In this document: piece by piece, positions 47,622 through 59,246 of the stretch
Layout of the letters: every line of letters starts with the position of its first letter
Position numbering within the stretch: position 1 is the stretch's first letter
Assembly: GCA_943704425.1 (NCBI GenBank)
Contig: CALSCP010001725.1
Coordinates: 1 to 64,000, forward strand
Direction of reading: 5' to 3'
Source: Ministeria vibrans ATCC 50519
Taxonomy: Eukaryota; Protista; Filasterea
Length of the DNA: 64,000 nucleotides
Program-made: the position numbers and the translations under genes
Notes under the pieces: generated by a model
The model's input: the letters and a program-made list of their open reading frames with translations, nothing else
Told to the model about the DNA's origin: nothing
The model's database searches: none

Positions 47622-50525
47622 GAAGAGAGAGGAGGGAGAAAGAACAAAGTGATAGAGAGAGAGAGGAGGAAGGGAGAAAAATACAAAGTGATAGAGAGAG
47701 AGAAACAAAGTGATAGACAGAAAGAGAGGAGGGAAAAACAAAGTGATAGAGAGAAAGAGAGGAGGGAGAAACAAAGTGATAGACAGAAAGAGAGGAGAAA
47801 GAAACAAAGTGATAGAGAGAGAGACAAAATGGATAGAGAGAGAGAGACAAAATGGATAGAGAGAGAGAGACAAAGTGACAGAGAAAGATATATTAATTAA
47901 GTAGCAAAACCACATCCAAAAACAAAACCGGTTCATACCGAGAATGCCTTTGTTGACGTCGAGCTTGGTGCCCTTGTTGGCTTCGTTGGCGGCAAGCATC
48001 TCGGCAATGCGGCGTGCGGCATCTTCAATAAGTTGCATGGCACGCTCCATCTCCGACTGCACGGCGTCTTGCAGGTCGCCTGCGTCGAGTTGGCGCGGAA
48101 TGAGCGACTCGACGACGCCCGACAGCGACTTCACGTCATCCTGGAAGGCACCCGCAGTGCTGTCAATGTTCTTGCCGGTCAGGTCCTGGTTCGCATCGAA
48201 AAACGAGTCGACCATGGCAAGTGCGGAAGTGGCTGCCTTGCGCGCACCTCCCAGAATACCCTCCGAGACGGCACTGTCCACGGCGAGACGCGTGACGCCT
48301 TTGCTTGCGCTGAGTGCCGCAGCGAGCTGTGAGGCAAAGTTGAGCGCGTTTGAGATGGTTAAGCCCTTGGCGTCGGCACCCTTGGTCTCGTCGTAGTGGT
48401 GAAGCGCCGCCGCGATGTCGTCGACGGGCGCAAGTGAGGCGGAGCACAGATCAACAGTCAAGTGAGGTGACGCCTCCGTGTTGCCCAGGTTGCTGGGGTC
48501 GTCGAGGTCGTCGAGTGCCTGCTGCAGCAGGCTGCGGCAGCGCATGAGAATGCCTTTGGCCAGATCACGTACGTTGCGCCGTCGCTCTAGCTCGGCCGCC
48601 GCTAGTTGCTTCTTGAAGCGCGATGCCTCCTGCTGCTTGCTCTTCTCGAGTTCGTCACGTTCAAGACGTGCCTGCTCCAGCTGCTTCTGCAATTGCTCGG
48701 CAACATCGCCCTTGGCGGCCGCCAAGGACGCGTTCTCGGCGCGCAGACGGTCCTGCTCTTGACGCATGGCCGCCACCTGTGCCATCACTTCGGCATGGTC
48801 TGTTTTGGCCTGCTCCGCCGTCGCCGCAGACGCCCGCTGTGCCGCCTCCAGCTCGCCTTTTCGCTTGAGCAGGGCCAAATGATCATTGCGCAGCTTGGAG
48901 TACATCCCAAACGCCTTCTGGTACTTGTCGTCGTTGGTCTTGGCCAGCACGGCGATGCGCTCCAGCTTTGCTTGCATCTCCTTCTGCTCTTCCTGCTGCT
49001 CCTCTGCGCCGCTCACCTCCTGCTGCATCTCAAACAGCTGCTCCTGAAGAGCACGGATCAGATCCGCATCCTTCTTCTTCTGTTGCTCAAGTTCCGAAAC
49101 GCGCTATTAAAAAGGCAGAAAAAGAAGAAAAAAAATCAGTATCTCTGGTTCTTTCCTTTCTCAAGATTGCATGATTATAAGTGATTGATTCTTACGGCAC
49201 GCAAACGGGCAATCTCGGCCTTGAGGGCGGCAATCTGCTTGTCACGGTCGTCGGGACCCGACTGGAAGGAGAAGGAGTCGGGAACATCGCCAAAGGCATC
49301 AAACTTGGCGTCAAAGGAAGGGACGGGCTCGGGTTCGGGAATGGATGCAGGAGCGGGGCGTGGAGGAATCTCAGGGGCACGCAGCCACATGGGTGGGTCG
49401 TCGGGCAGGAGAGGCACCGCAAACAGGTTGTTGAGGTACTTGAGCTGACGCGCGTCGAAGAAGTTCTGCTTGACCGTGTCGAAGACCACGCCAAAGCGCA
49501 CGCGGTGGCCCGACAGCTGCTGTGGGGGCATTAGGTCGTGAATGCGCTTCATGAGGTCCAGGGTCATTTCATAGAGCGCGACACTCTCAGTGAGCAGCGG
49601 CACAAATGCAGCGGCGCGACACTCATTGCGCTGCAGCTGTTCGTTTGGCGAGAGGGTGCCAAAGACGCGACCGGCGAGACGCATGGCCGCCTCCTGAAGC
49701 TCAAAGCAGCGCACGCACAACAGGAAGGCTGTCTGAGACTGCAGGGTCGACGAGAATGCGTGCCAATTGTCCATGTTGAGGTTGCCCGGCAGCGACGGAT
49801 AGTCATGGTGAAACTGCAGTTTGGTCTGAAGAAACTCGACAATGCCCACAATGAGGGGACCATAGCCATGCGACGAGGTGGCATTCTGCCATGTTTGCCC
49901 CAGCTGAGCCAAGCTCGAGCGGGTCTGGTTGAGTTCAGGCAGACAGTTGGGGTGGCCATCCTGCAACACTTTCCACAGCGTAATGAGCGCCTTCCAGCAC
50001 ATCAGGTGGCCCTTGCTGAGCGGCATTCGGCGCATTACAATCCACAGAATGCGGCTGCCCTGTTGGTCCCATGTCGCGACGATGGCACGTGCGGAGGGAA
50101 AGAGGGAAGAGAGAAGAAGAAGAGAAGAGAAAAGAAGGATAAGTTAAACGAGATGGATCGAGAGAGAGAGAGAAAGAGAGAGAGAGAGGGAGAGAACGCG
50201 CTGTGTGTGTGCGTGCGTAGAAAGAAGGTCGCATAAAGAGAGCGAGCATGCGAGAGAGAGGGGAGGGGAGGGAAAGGCGCAATACAAGATGAGAACAATT
50301 CGTATGAGGTGAAGTGGCTCGACAATGTTTTTTTTGTTTGGTGGGGCAACTTATTTCGTATGTGTTTCGACTTTGGCGCTGCTTCGTCGTTGGTGCACGC
50401 TTTCTTGAGGTGTTCTTCCATATCTTTGTCGAGTTTCTTTTCGACATCTGTCGAAAAGAAAGATAAGAAAGGTCAAAAATAAATCCAACGCCCTATTTCT
50501 CACTTGGATCGAGAGGAGCGCTCAT
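46731..50525 (-). CDS. HIP1: HIP1/HIP1R/Sla2 endocytic adaptor (ANTH, coiled coil, I/LWEQ), 8 exons
   Basis: KACTNDEAAPKSKHIR, WKALITLWKVLQDGHP, FYKKNSRWTEGLLSAAK, SKEISASTAQLV, EMEMHVKVLELE. Confidence 0.95.
47530..47890. repeat. (GA)n + tandem ACAAAGTGATAGA array (HIP1 intron)
   Basis: Multiple motif copies. Confidence 0.95.
50089..50354 (-). other. AT-AC intron (HIP1 intron 2, phase 1, 266 nt)
   Basis: CGA A|ataagt...ccctccgcac|GT GCC gives KHIR-S-AIVATWD; no GT-AG pair found that keeps this conserved motif. Confidence 0.8.
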
Positions 50526-50763
50526 GATGAGGACGATACAAAGCTACACGTGCTCAGCAATAAGTCACAAGAGAGAGCAGTTGGAAAATTGAGTGACGGA
50601 CTGACGCGTCACAGACTCTGAAATCAAATCATTCCATTCGATCCTGAGTGAATTCCTGACCAAGGGTAAACATTACTCCGTAGTCGTAAAGTAAATGAGT
50701 GAGTTATATTTTAGCTTAAACAATTTTACTTGATATCGACTTCTTTTTGTGGCCCTTTTCTTG

Positions 50764-52123
50764 ATGGACGCATCCTCAGACTCGGAGGACAGCCTGCACG
50801 GCATTGTAGGGTTCCACCGACCGACCGGCCAAGGAGCAACATCAAAGCAACGCACGTCGTCCTCGGGCTCTGCGGCACCCCCTACAACTTCCCTCAGTGC
50901 CACCACCACGACGGCAGTGACCACCGCTGCAAAAACGAGCGTGTCATCGAAAGGCATCAAGTCAAAGGCGCCACTTTCGAAAGTGGCCGTTGCACCTGTC
51001 AAAAAGTCGCAAACCGCTAACTCGGACACCAAGACTCCCGCAAACCGTTCCAAGGTGACTACCATGTGTGTATACGCGTGTGTGGAGTGAATACGAGCGC
51101 CTTGGGGTGCAGCGTGCGGGGCAAGCATCGAACTCTCAATAATATTGTGTGTTTTTTTTTGTGTGTGTGTGTGTGTGTTTTCGGCTGTAGAGGAAACAGC
51201 CGCCAGTCGGGTCGGACAGTGACGACGACGCAACGCGCGACCCTGTCTCCGAGGGACTGTTGACGAAGAGGAAGAAGGCGAAGAAGAAGAAGGCGAAGAG
51301 TGCGCGGGAGACGAGCGTAGACGACATTGCCAGTGCGACAGTTGAAACCGCGAGTGTTGATGAGGAAAAGCAAGACGAAGAGAAAAGCACGGGCGGTGGT
51401 CACACTGGAAGTTTTGCGACTACGACAATTGCAGCGACGACGACGGCGACGAGCGAAGCGGATGGGTTGATGGAGAGTGCCTTGTTGGCGAAGTTGAGAG
51501 GTGGTGGGGCTCGTTTTGATGATACAACAGAGGCCGGAGCAGCAGTAGCAGCAGCACCTGTTGGTGCGGTAACGGGCAAACAAAGCAAAGGGAGTAAGGA
51601 CAAACGAAAGATCAAGGGGGCGTCTCAGCCGCAGCAGCAACAACACCATCATGCGTACCAGAAGAAGCGCGTGGTGTACGGAGCGCCCAAGTACAAGTCT
51701 CTGGGCTGTCCCGAGTTTGCAAACGACTTGGAGCAGCATGTGCGGGAGTGGGCACACGAGCGGGGTGTAGCAGTATTGACCATGACAAATCGTGACGGGA
51801 GTCGGTTTGGTTCGGTAAAGTTTGAGTTTGGGCTGGTTGACGACGGACACGATCAGGACGACGATGCGACGGCGGTCGCACGGGCTCGCTGGGCACAGCT
51901 CTGCGGGCAGTTTCAGATGAAAGAGTCCGACTTTGGGCGTGTCATTAGCATTGACGATGTACCGTACACGCTGCGGGACATCAAGGACAACGCCCACAGC
52001 CGTGCGCCCATCATGCTGTTGGGCGAGAGTGGCAAGAAGAAGTGGATGAACGAGTACGACGTTATCATGCGGTTGGGCTCGGCACGTGCACAGGACGCAG
52101 TCAGGCGCATTGCTGTTCTGTGA
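50764..52123 (+). CDS. Hypothetical protein: low-complexity basic N-terminus plus about 130-aa globular C-terminal domain (2 exons)
   Basis: GT-AG intron joins two open frames; Lys-rich NLS-like segment KRKKAKKKKAK. Confidence 0.7.
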
Positions 52124-52260
52124 GTGAAAGACTTACTATAAGAGGGAGGGAGAGAAACAAAAAAAGTTTGAGAGAGAGAGAGAGGTAATAAATTTGAAGT
52201 TATATTTCCATGAAAAATAGAATAACAATAACAGTTGTACAATTAAGTTGTGTAATAATG

Positions 52261-53346
52261 CTACAGGTTGTGAAAGAGGCCAAAGCGCGTGGCAAGAAAG
52301 GCAAAAAGCTGCATGAAAAACCAGACGAGACGAAACGCGGGGGAGAGGTAGAGGGCGACAAAGGCAGCGGCAACGAGAAGCGTGAAGTAGAGGAGAGTGA
52401 GTGCGTAGTGTGCGCGAAGGTGGCGGGCGGGTGGTCGCACTGGCGTGCCCAGTGGCTCGGAGGGATTCTTGTAGAAGCGCAGGAGACGCGCTTCTTTCTC
52501 GCGCCAGCGGTCGCGACACCACTTTTCAAGTTGCGGACTGGTGCCGCTATCGAGGGCACTGCTCTCCTCGTTGTCGTCAAATGGCACTTGTGCGATGGGA
52601 GTGCGCTCCATATGAAAGTGAATTTTGCAGGGAAATCCGTGTTTGAGGACGTCACTCTCAGACTCAATCATGTGTCCCTCGGTGTAGGCGACGGTCACGT
52701 CCCAGATGGCGTCGATTTTGTGGCGAAGTCCATTTGCACACACAACGAAACCGCGGGTGCGCGGATGTAACACTTGCTCGTACGAGGGGAGACCCTCGCG
52801 CGCAGCAAACTTGTCGCTGCAGCCACGCGTATACTCGGTCAGATTGGTGCCCTCGGGAAAGATAAGCAGCTGGATGGGCTGGGAAGAGCGCACGTAGCTC
52901 TTGAGAAGTGCCTTCATTCGCGGCAGGTCATGTTCAAACGAACGCGACAGAAACATAAAACGCGCCAGCTCCATGGCCGAACCGGCCGCGGGGTACGATC
53001 GAAGAGCATCCTTGAGGACAATGACGTGGTTCTGAATGGAGCCCAGCTGCGTAATGTACGACCACAGCAACATCCAGTCGAGGCGCGTTCGATGATTCAA
53101 AATGATGAGTGCCGACTCGCCACGGTCGCGTGGAAGGTCCCCCGAGATAACCACGCGGGTGCCCATCATGAATTGCAGCATGGCCGGCGGAAGTGACAGC
53201 CACAGGCCGACGCCGAGGCCGACGAGGCGGTGGAAAAGGCTCTGACTGACAAGACGCACCAACACAAAGGGATACACTAATATGGCGTGGAACATGGCGC
53301 CCATAAACATGGCGAACACAAAGACGACGCCTCTTATGCTGAACAT
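52261..53346 (-). CDS. LCLAT1: Lysocardiolipin/lysophospholipid acyltransferase (single exon)
   Basis: NHRTRLDW, FLSR, LLIFPEGT, VLHPRTRGF, DAIWDVTVAY. Confidence 0.9.
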   Translation of the reverse strand: MFSIRGVVFVFAMFMGAMFHAILVYPFVLVRLVSQSLFHRLVGLGVGLWLSLPPAMLQFMMGTRVVISGDLPRDRGESALIILNHRTRLDWMLLWSYITQLGSIQNHVIVLKDALRSYPAAGSAMELARFMFLSRSFEHDLPRMKALLKSYVRSSQPIQLLIFPEGTNLTEYTRGCSDKFAAREGLPSYEQVLHPRTRGFVVCANGLRHKIDAIWDVTVAYTEGHMIESESDVLKHGFPCKIHFHMERTPIAQVPFDDNEESSALDSGTSPQLEKWCRDRWREKEARLLRFYKNPSEPLGTPVRPPARHLRAHYALTLLYFTLLVAAAFVALYLSPAFRLVWFFMQLFAFLATRFGLFHNL

Positions 53347-53456
53347 TGTCAGTGGAAAACAAATTTAACAATCGAAACTCGAAAGGTCGTAACGAAAGAC
53401 AGAAATATGAAAAGAATAATCAATAAATCAGCGGTTGAACTCGATTGAGAAGCGAC

Positions 53457-54541
<1,085 letters not shown>

Positions 54542-54671
54542 CTTGAAATCAAACAATTGTGTTTATAAATCTAAAATCTGTTGTAGGAAAAAAAATATTG
54601 GGAAGACGAACTGACGAATGACTGATCGGAAAGGGGTTTTCACTTAATCACTTTTCACTTTTGTCTCTTTG

Positions 54672-56258
54672 ATGTCGGACGGAAACGAAAGCGCCGCAAC
54701 GCTTGCTTCAACGACAGTTTTGGGGAATTTGATTGCCGAGAGGGAGGGATGGCTCGTCAAGCGTGGTCACGTCCGAAAGGTAACTCAATAAGAGAGAGAG
54801 AGAGGGAGAGAGAGAATGAAACAACACACGTCTCACCTTCACTGTTCGCCCACGGCGCCTCCCTTGTAGAACTGGAAGCGGCGCTACTTCATACTCAACC
54901 GACATCACCTGTACTACTTTTCCTCGCAAAGCTCGTCTGGCAAGCCCAAGGGTGTGGTCACACTCGACGGGTACATGGTAGGGCGGTCGGACGCACACCA
55001 CAGCCCACCAGACTAACCGCAACTGTGCGATCCTATCCCAACAGGTTCGACGCGCCTCGCCCGCAGAGGGTGCCAGTGTCCTACAGCGCTTCAATCGCGA
55101 CGAGCCGTGCCTGCTTATTCTCGATGGTGCCGGCAATCCGCAAAGACCCAATTTCTGTCTGTTGTGTGACGACGAACTCGAAATGATGCAGTGGATCAAC
55201 TCGATCAAGCTGTCGGTGGCACGCATGAACAACATCAAAGCCAACGACCTTGCTTCAAGACCGTCGTCCACCTCGGTAGGGGAAGGGCCGACCAGAAACA
55301 AACAAACGCATTTTTTTTTTTGACTTTCGTGTTTTTTGTGCTCTCTTTTCAGACTGGCGGAGTACGACGCATGAATGCTTCGTGTGCACGATGCAGTGAG
55401 AAGCTCAAGGGCAAGGTTGTGCAGGTGGGCGACTTGTTGTTACATTATGAGTGCTTTTCGTGCACCGACTGTGGGTGTCAGCTCGAAGGAGCATGCATCA
55501 CTGTGAAGAACCAGTCGTACTGCGACGCATGTGGACCACGGGCATTCCACCGTGAACAAGCACACCAGGGTGCAGCAAACGATGGGGATGGAGAGGATGA
55601 AGGCGCAGTGGGGAAGGTCACGCGAGCCATGTCGGATCTGATGGGAGACGGCGAGCGACGGGTGAGCTTGTCGGGTGGTGGCGGGGACGACAGTGTCTTC
55701 TACGAAGCGGATGACGACGAGTCGGGCGGCATTGCCAGTGGCGAGTCGGGGCGATCACAGTCGTACTCGGAGACGCCCGGCACGTCTGTCACGCCCTCTG
55801 CATCGCCCACGCGCGCAGCCGCCACTCCGAGCATCAGCACGACATTTGTGAGCGGCGAACAGGCGCCCGTCGCCGGCACCCAGCCGCCCACCAAAAAGAC
55901 AGCCAAGGACAAGCTGCTTGTGTGGTGTTCGCTCATGACACAGCGCTACGAGGATGTGACCATCCGCGACTTCAGCGAGTCGTGGCGCGATGGTCGCGCT
56001 CTCTGCGCTCTCCTCCATCGCTTTGTGCCTGACCTTATCGCATTTGACTCCACGGCTGAAGACGACGTAGACTGTGACGATCCAGCTGCGTCGCGTGCGC
56101 GTGCGCTCTTTCTGCGCGCTTTTCACACCGCCGAGTCCATTGGTATCCGCACTATCCTCGACATTGACGATCTTGCCCGCGCTGCCCCCGACCCCCAGCT
56201 CATGACACTCTATCTCGCTGATGTCTATCGTGTCTTCAAGTCTCGCTCATTAAAATAA
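54672..56258 (+). CDS. PH-LIM-calponin homology domain protein (4 exons)
   Basis: EGWLVKRGHVRKNWKRRYF...QWINSI (PH); CxxC..HxxCxxCxxC..CxxC (LIM); LLVWC..DFSESWRDGRALCALLH (type-2 CH). Confidence 0.85.
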
Positions 56259-56329
56259 TTCCAAAAAGGAACTGTACTGTAAAACAAACGACAACCCCTT
56301 CATCCCCGCTCGCTCTAAACTTCATTCTG

Positions 56330-57286
56330 TTACGTGTAATGGACAACGTCTCCAATAGCAATGGGGCCTTCGCGCGCCAGAGCCATCTGCAGTCCGAATG
56401 CGGGCGTCTTGTAACGCGCGTCGACGTGCGACTTGAGCCGGTACGTCTTTAGTGTTGCGGTGGGCTCGTGCTCGCCCATCACTGTGGCCGTCAGGGTGTC
56501 CAGGTTGATCATAGGACACCGCGTGCACAGTTTCACGCGACGCAGAGTGGCTGCTGTTGCGGTGTCGTCGCCAAAGACAGTCGTTTGCCAGTCATCTTCG
56601 GCGTGTGGCGCGCAGCCCGACACAACAACGTTGGGGCGGAACTGTTCGATGCGCGCCAAAGGTCGTCCCTGCGCTTTCAGCTTGGCATTGAGTGTGTCCA
56701 TAGCGGAGCTGCTGAGGACCATGTAGGAGGTGTTGTTCGCAAAGGCGCACTGGTCGTCGGGCGAGGCAAAGGTTCCCCAGTTCTTGTCGTTAGCAAGGAA
56801 GCGCCCAGACTTGTTGAGCATCAGCCGATGGCCCTCGACACCAATCGCCCGCGAGATCCAGGCAGCAGCAGCGTCGCCCAGATCAACGGCTCTTGCCGGC
56901 ACACGGTACACGTCCACCTCGGCGGTAGGAAGCGACGCGTCGGCCGCAGCCGCAGCCAGATCGATCGTGAGTGCCTCCGCCATGCTCTCCGCCGTGACAC
57001 GCAGTACCAGCGACTCAGAAATGGTGGGGCGCAACAGCAACAGCCGTTTGCACTTGTTGGCATTCACAAAGGCGCCGGTCGCATCGACCACGACGCAACA
57101 GCGGTCGCCACGTAGCCCCTGTGCCAGTGCCACTGTCTTTGTGACCGTCTCGCCCGCACACGATTTAATGGGATACACAATGAGGCGTTCGACCACCACG
57201 GGTGAGCTACGCCTTGCAAAGTATCGGTAGCCAACGTAGGCAACGGTTGCCGTAGCGAGCGTGAGAGCTGCAACTCGAGAATTCAT
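56330..57286 (-). CDS. MTARC: MOSC-domain molybdenum protein, mARC-like (single exon)
   Basis: N-terminal TM anchor, IVYPIKSC, DR, FRPNVVV, Moco-binding CTRC. Confidence 0.9.
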   Translation of the reverse strand: MNSRVAALTLATATVAYVGYRYFARRSSPVVVERLIVYPIKSCAGETVTKTVALAQGLRGDRCCVVVDATGAFVNANKCKRLLLLRPTISESLVLRVTAESMAEALTIDLAAAAADASLPTAEVDVYRVPARAVDLGDAAAAWISRAIGVEGHRLMLNKSGRFLANDKNWGTFASPDDQCAFANNTSYMVLSSSAMDTLNAKLKAQGRPLARIEQFRPNVVVSGCAPHAEDDWQTTVFGDDTATAATLRRVKLCTRCPMINLDTLTATVMGEHEPTATLKTYRLKSHVDARYKTPAFGLQMALAREGPIAIGDVVHYT

Positions 57287-57407
57287 ACAAGAAATATAAA
57301 TGTTTGACTTTTATGATCGATACAAATAAATTACACAGAAGACCGGCAAAAACCGACACCCAAGTGGGGCACGCGTCAGGAGCTCAGAGTAGCCAGAACC
57401 GAATGAC

Positions 57408-58194
57408 TCAGACCTTCTTAATCTGTACATTCGATTGTTGAATGATGGGACGAGGACGTGTCCGAAAGAGGATTTTGTTCCGCACCAGCGCAACTACCAC
57501 CATCTCAGTGGTGCCCTGCAAACACACAAAGAAATGGGTGTTGATAGGAAGACATGAAGCACAGCCGTGAACGTAAATCAGGAAATCGCGGACACCCACG
57601 GTGAGAGATGTGGCATGTTGAATGAGAGAGAGAGAGAGAGGGAAGAGGTCAATGACTCAAAAAAGGTCACATACGTGTGCTTGGCGAGTGTGAAAACCAA
57701 TCACGAGACTCTGCGCAGACTCACAGTGAGAGACAACACACGCAAACTCACATAAACGTACACATTCACACATTCATTCACATAAAATGGATTTGGCGCC
57801 TGAAACACAAAGGTCAACAGTGTCAGTCTCACCTTCAATTCGCCATCTGCTAGTACCACACCCGAACCAGTATCCGGCTGTTCATTGTGGGGGTCGTGAT
57901 GGACCGTCTTGAGGACAGCCAATGGCTTCTTAAGAGCGACGCGCGCACCGCTCATGACGTGCGACCCGACAACAATCATTGGATTGCCCTTGTCGTCCAC
58001 TCCAATGGTCCCCAGATGCTGGCCTGCTTGGATAGACACTCCTTTGGTGTCTAGCTCTCCCTGCAACTGCAACACGAAACAAGAAACAAGCGAGGGTTGG
58101 GTGGGCGAGTCGACACAGCGAGAACCGACACCTCAATGATTGTCCACTCATCCGGCTCATTCTCGCTTGCAAATCGAACAGGTATTGCTGTCAT
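57408..58194 (-). CDS. CHTF8: Chromosome transmission fidelity protein 8
   Basis: EWTIIELQGEL, MIVVGSHVMSG..VALKKPLAVL, KILFRTRPRPII. Confidence 0.9.
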
Positions 58195-58333
58195 CGCAAA
58201 GATGAAGTCAAAAAAAAAAGGTGGGCTGTAGCCTGTGAGTAGCAAGTTGGAAGTACTATGAAGAAATTGAGAATTGAGACCGAATAATGATCAACAATTT
58301 CACGATAAATACGATTCAATCTTTAATCGTCAC

Positions 58334-59185
58334 ATGCTCACGGCCTTCTGCCGACTACGATTGTATAATACGTTAACACTCCCGCTATCGACTGTACCAT
58401 CCAGCTTGCGACAGATGGCGACGAATGCAGACTACCGGGTGAGCATTCAAAAAGCACTCATGACCGCGAATGTGCTGTCTCTCTTAACAGCGTCGTTCTT
58501 CTTGATAAGGCCGCTGTGCGCGCTCTCAATTCACTTCAGAGCAATGCAGCGGATCTCAAGCGAGCGCGCGAGCTTGGCTCCGGACGTCCTTCCGACGCCG
58601 GCCTGGCAGACACCCGTGCCGCGTTGGCTGACTTGGCCATCACGCAAGAGCACCTCACCCGCCTGCGCGTGGTCCACTTGTCTGGCACCAAAGGCAAAGG
58701 ATCGACCTCTGCCATGGCTGAATCAATGCTTCGGACTTGTGGTGCGCGTACGGGTTTCTTCAGGTCTCTTCACGTTTCAAGCACCTTTCTGTTTTGATCC
58801 TTTCCCACCGTACATCATAGTTCACCGCATTTGATTGAGGTGCGCGAACGAATCCGCCTCAACGGCCGCCCAATTTCTCGTGAATTGTTTGCGCAACGCT
58901 TCTGGGAGACGTGGACTGGCCTGGGCGGCTCTCGCAGCGGCCAAAAGGCCCCCGACAGACCAATGCCACCCTATTTCCGTTTCCTTACTCTCATGGCGCT
59001 GCACACTTTTGTCGAAGAACGCGTACGATTGACAACAAATGTGTGCAGTTCCAATGTACTTTTGTGTGTTTCAGGTTGATGCAGTGGTGCTTGAAGTGGG
59101 ATTGGGTGGGCGCTACGACAGCACAAACATAATTGACTCACCCACAGGTAAGAAGGGAGCGACAGAGTGTGATGGTGTGTGTGAT

Positions 59186-59246
<61 letters not shown>

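Noticed and set aside
50035-50447. HIP1 frameshift or pseudogene at the 5' end
   Set aside because: An AT-AC intron restores the conserved frame and the rest of the gene is intact.
57516-57833. Alternative exons or alternate-frame product within the CTF8 intron
   Set aside because: Extra AG/GT pairs exist, but direct splicing gives a normal CTF8 and no convincing second ORF is visible.
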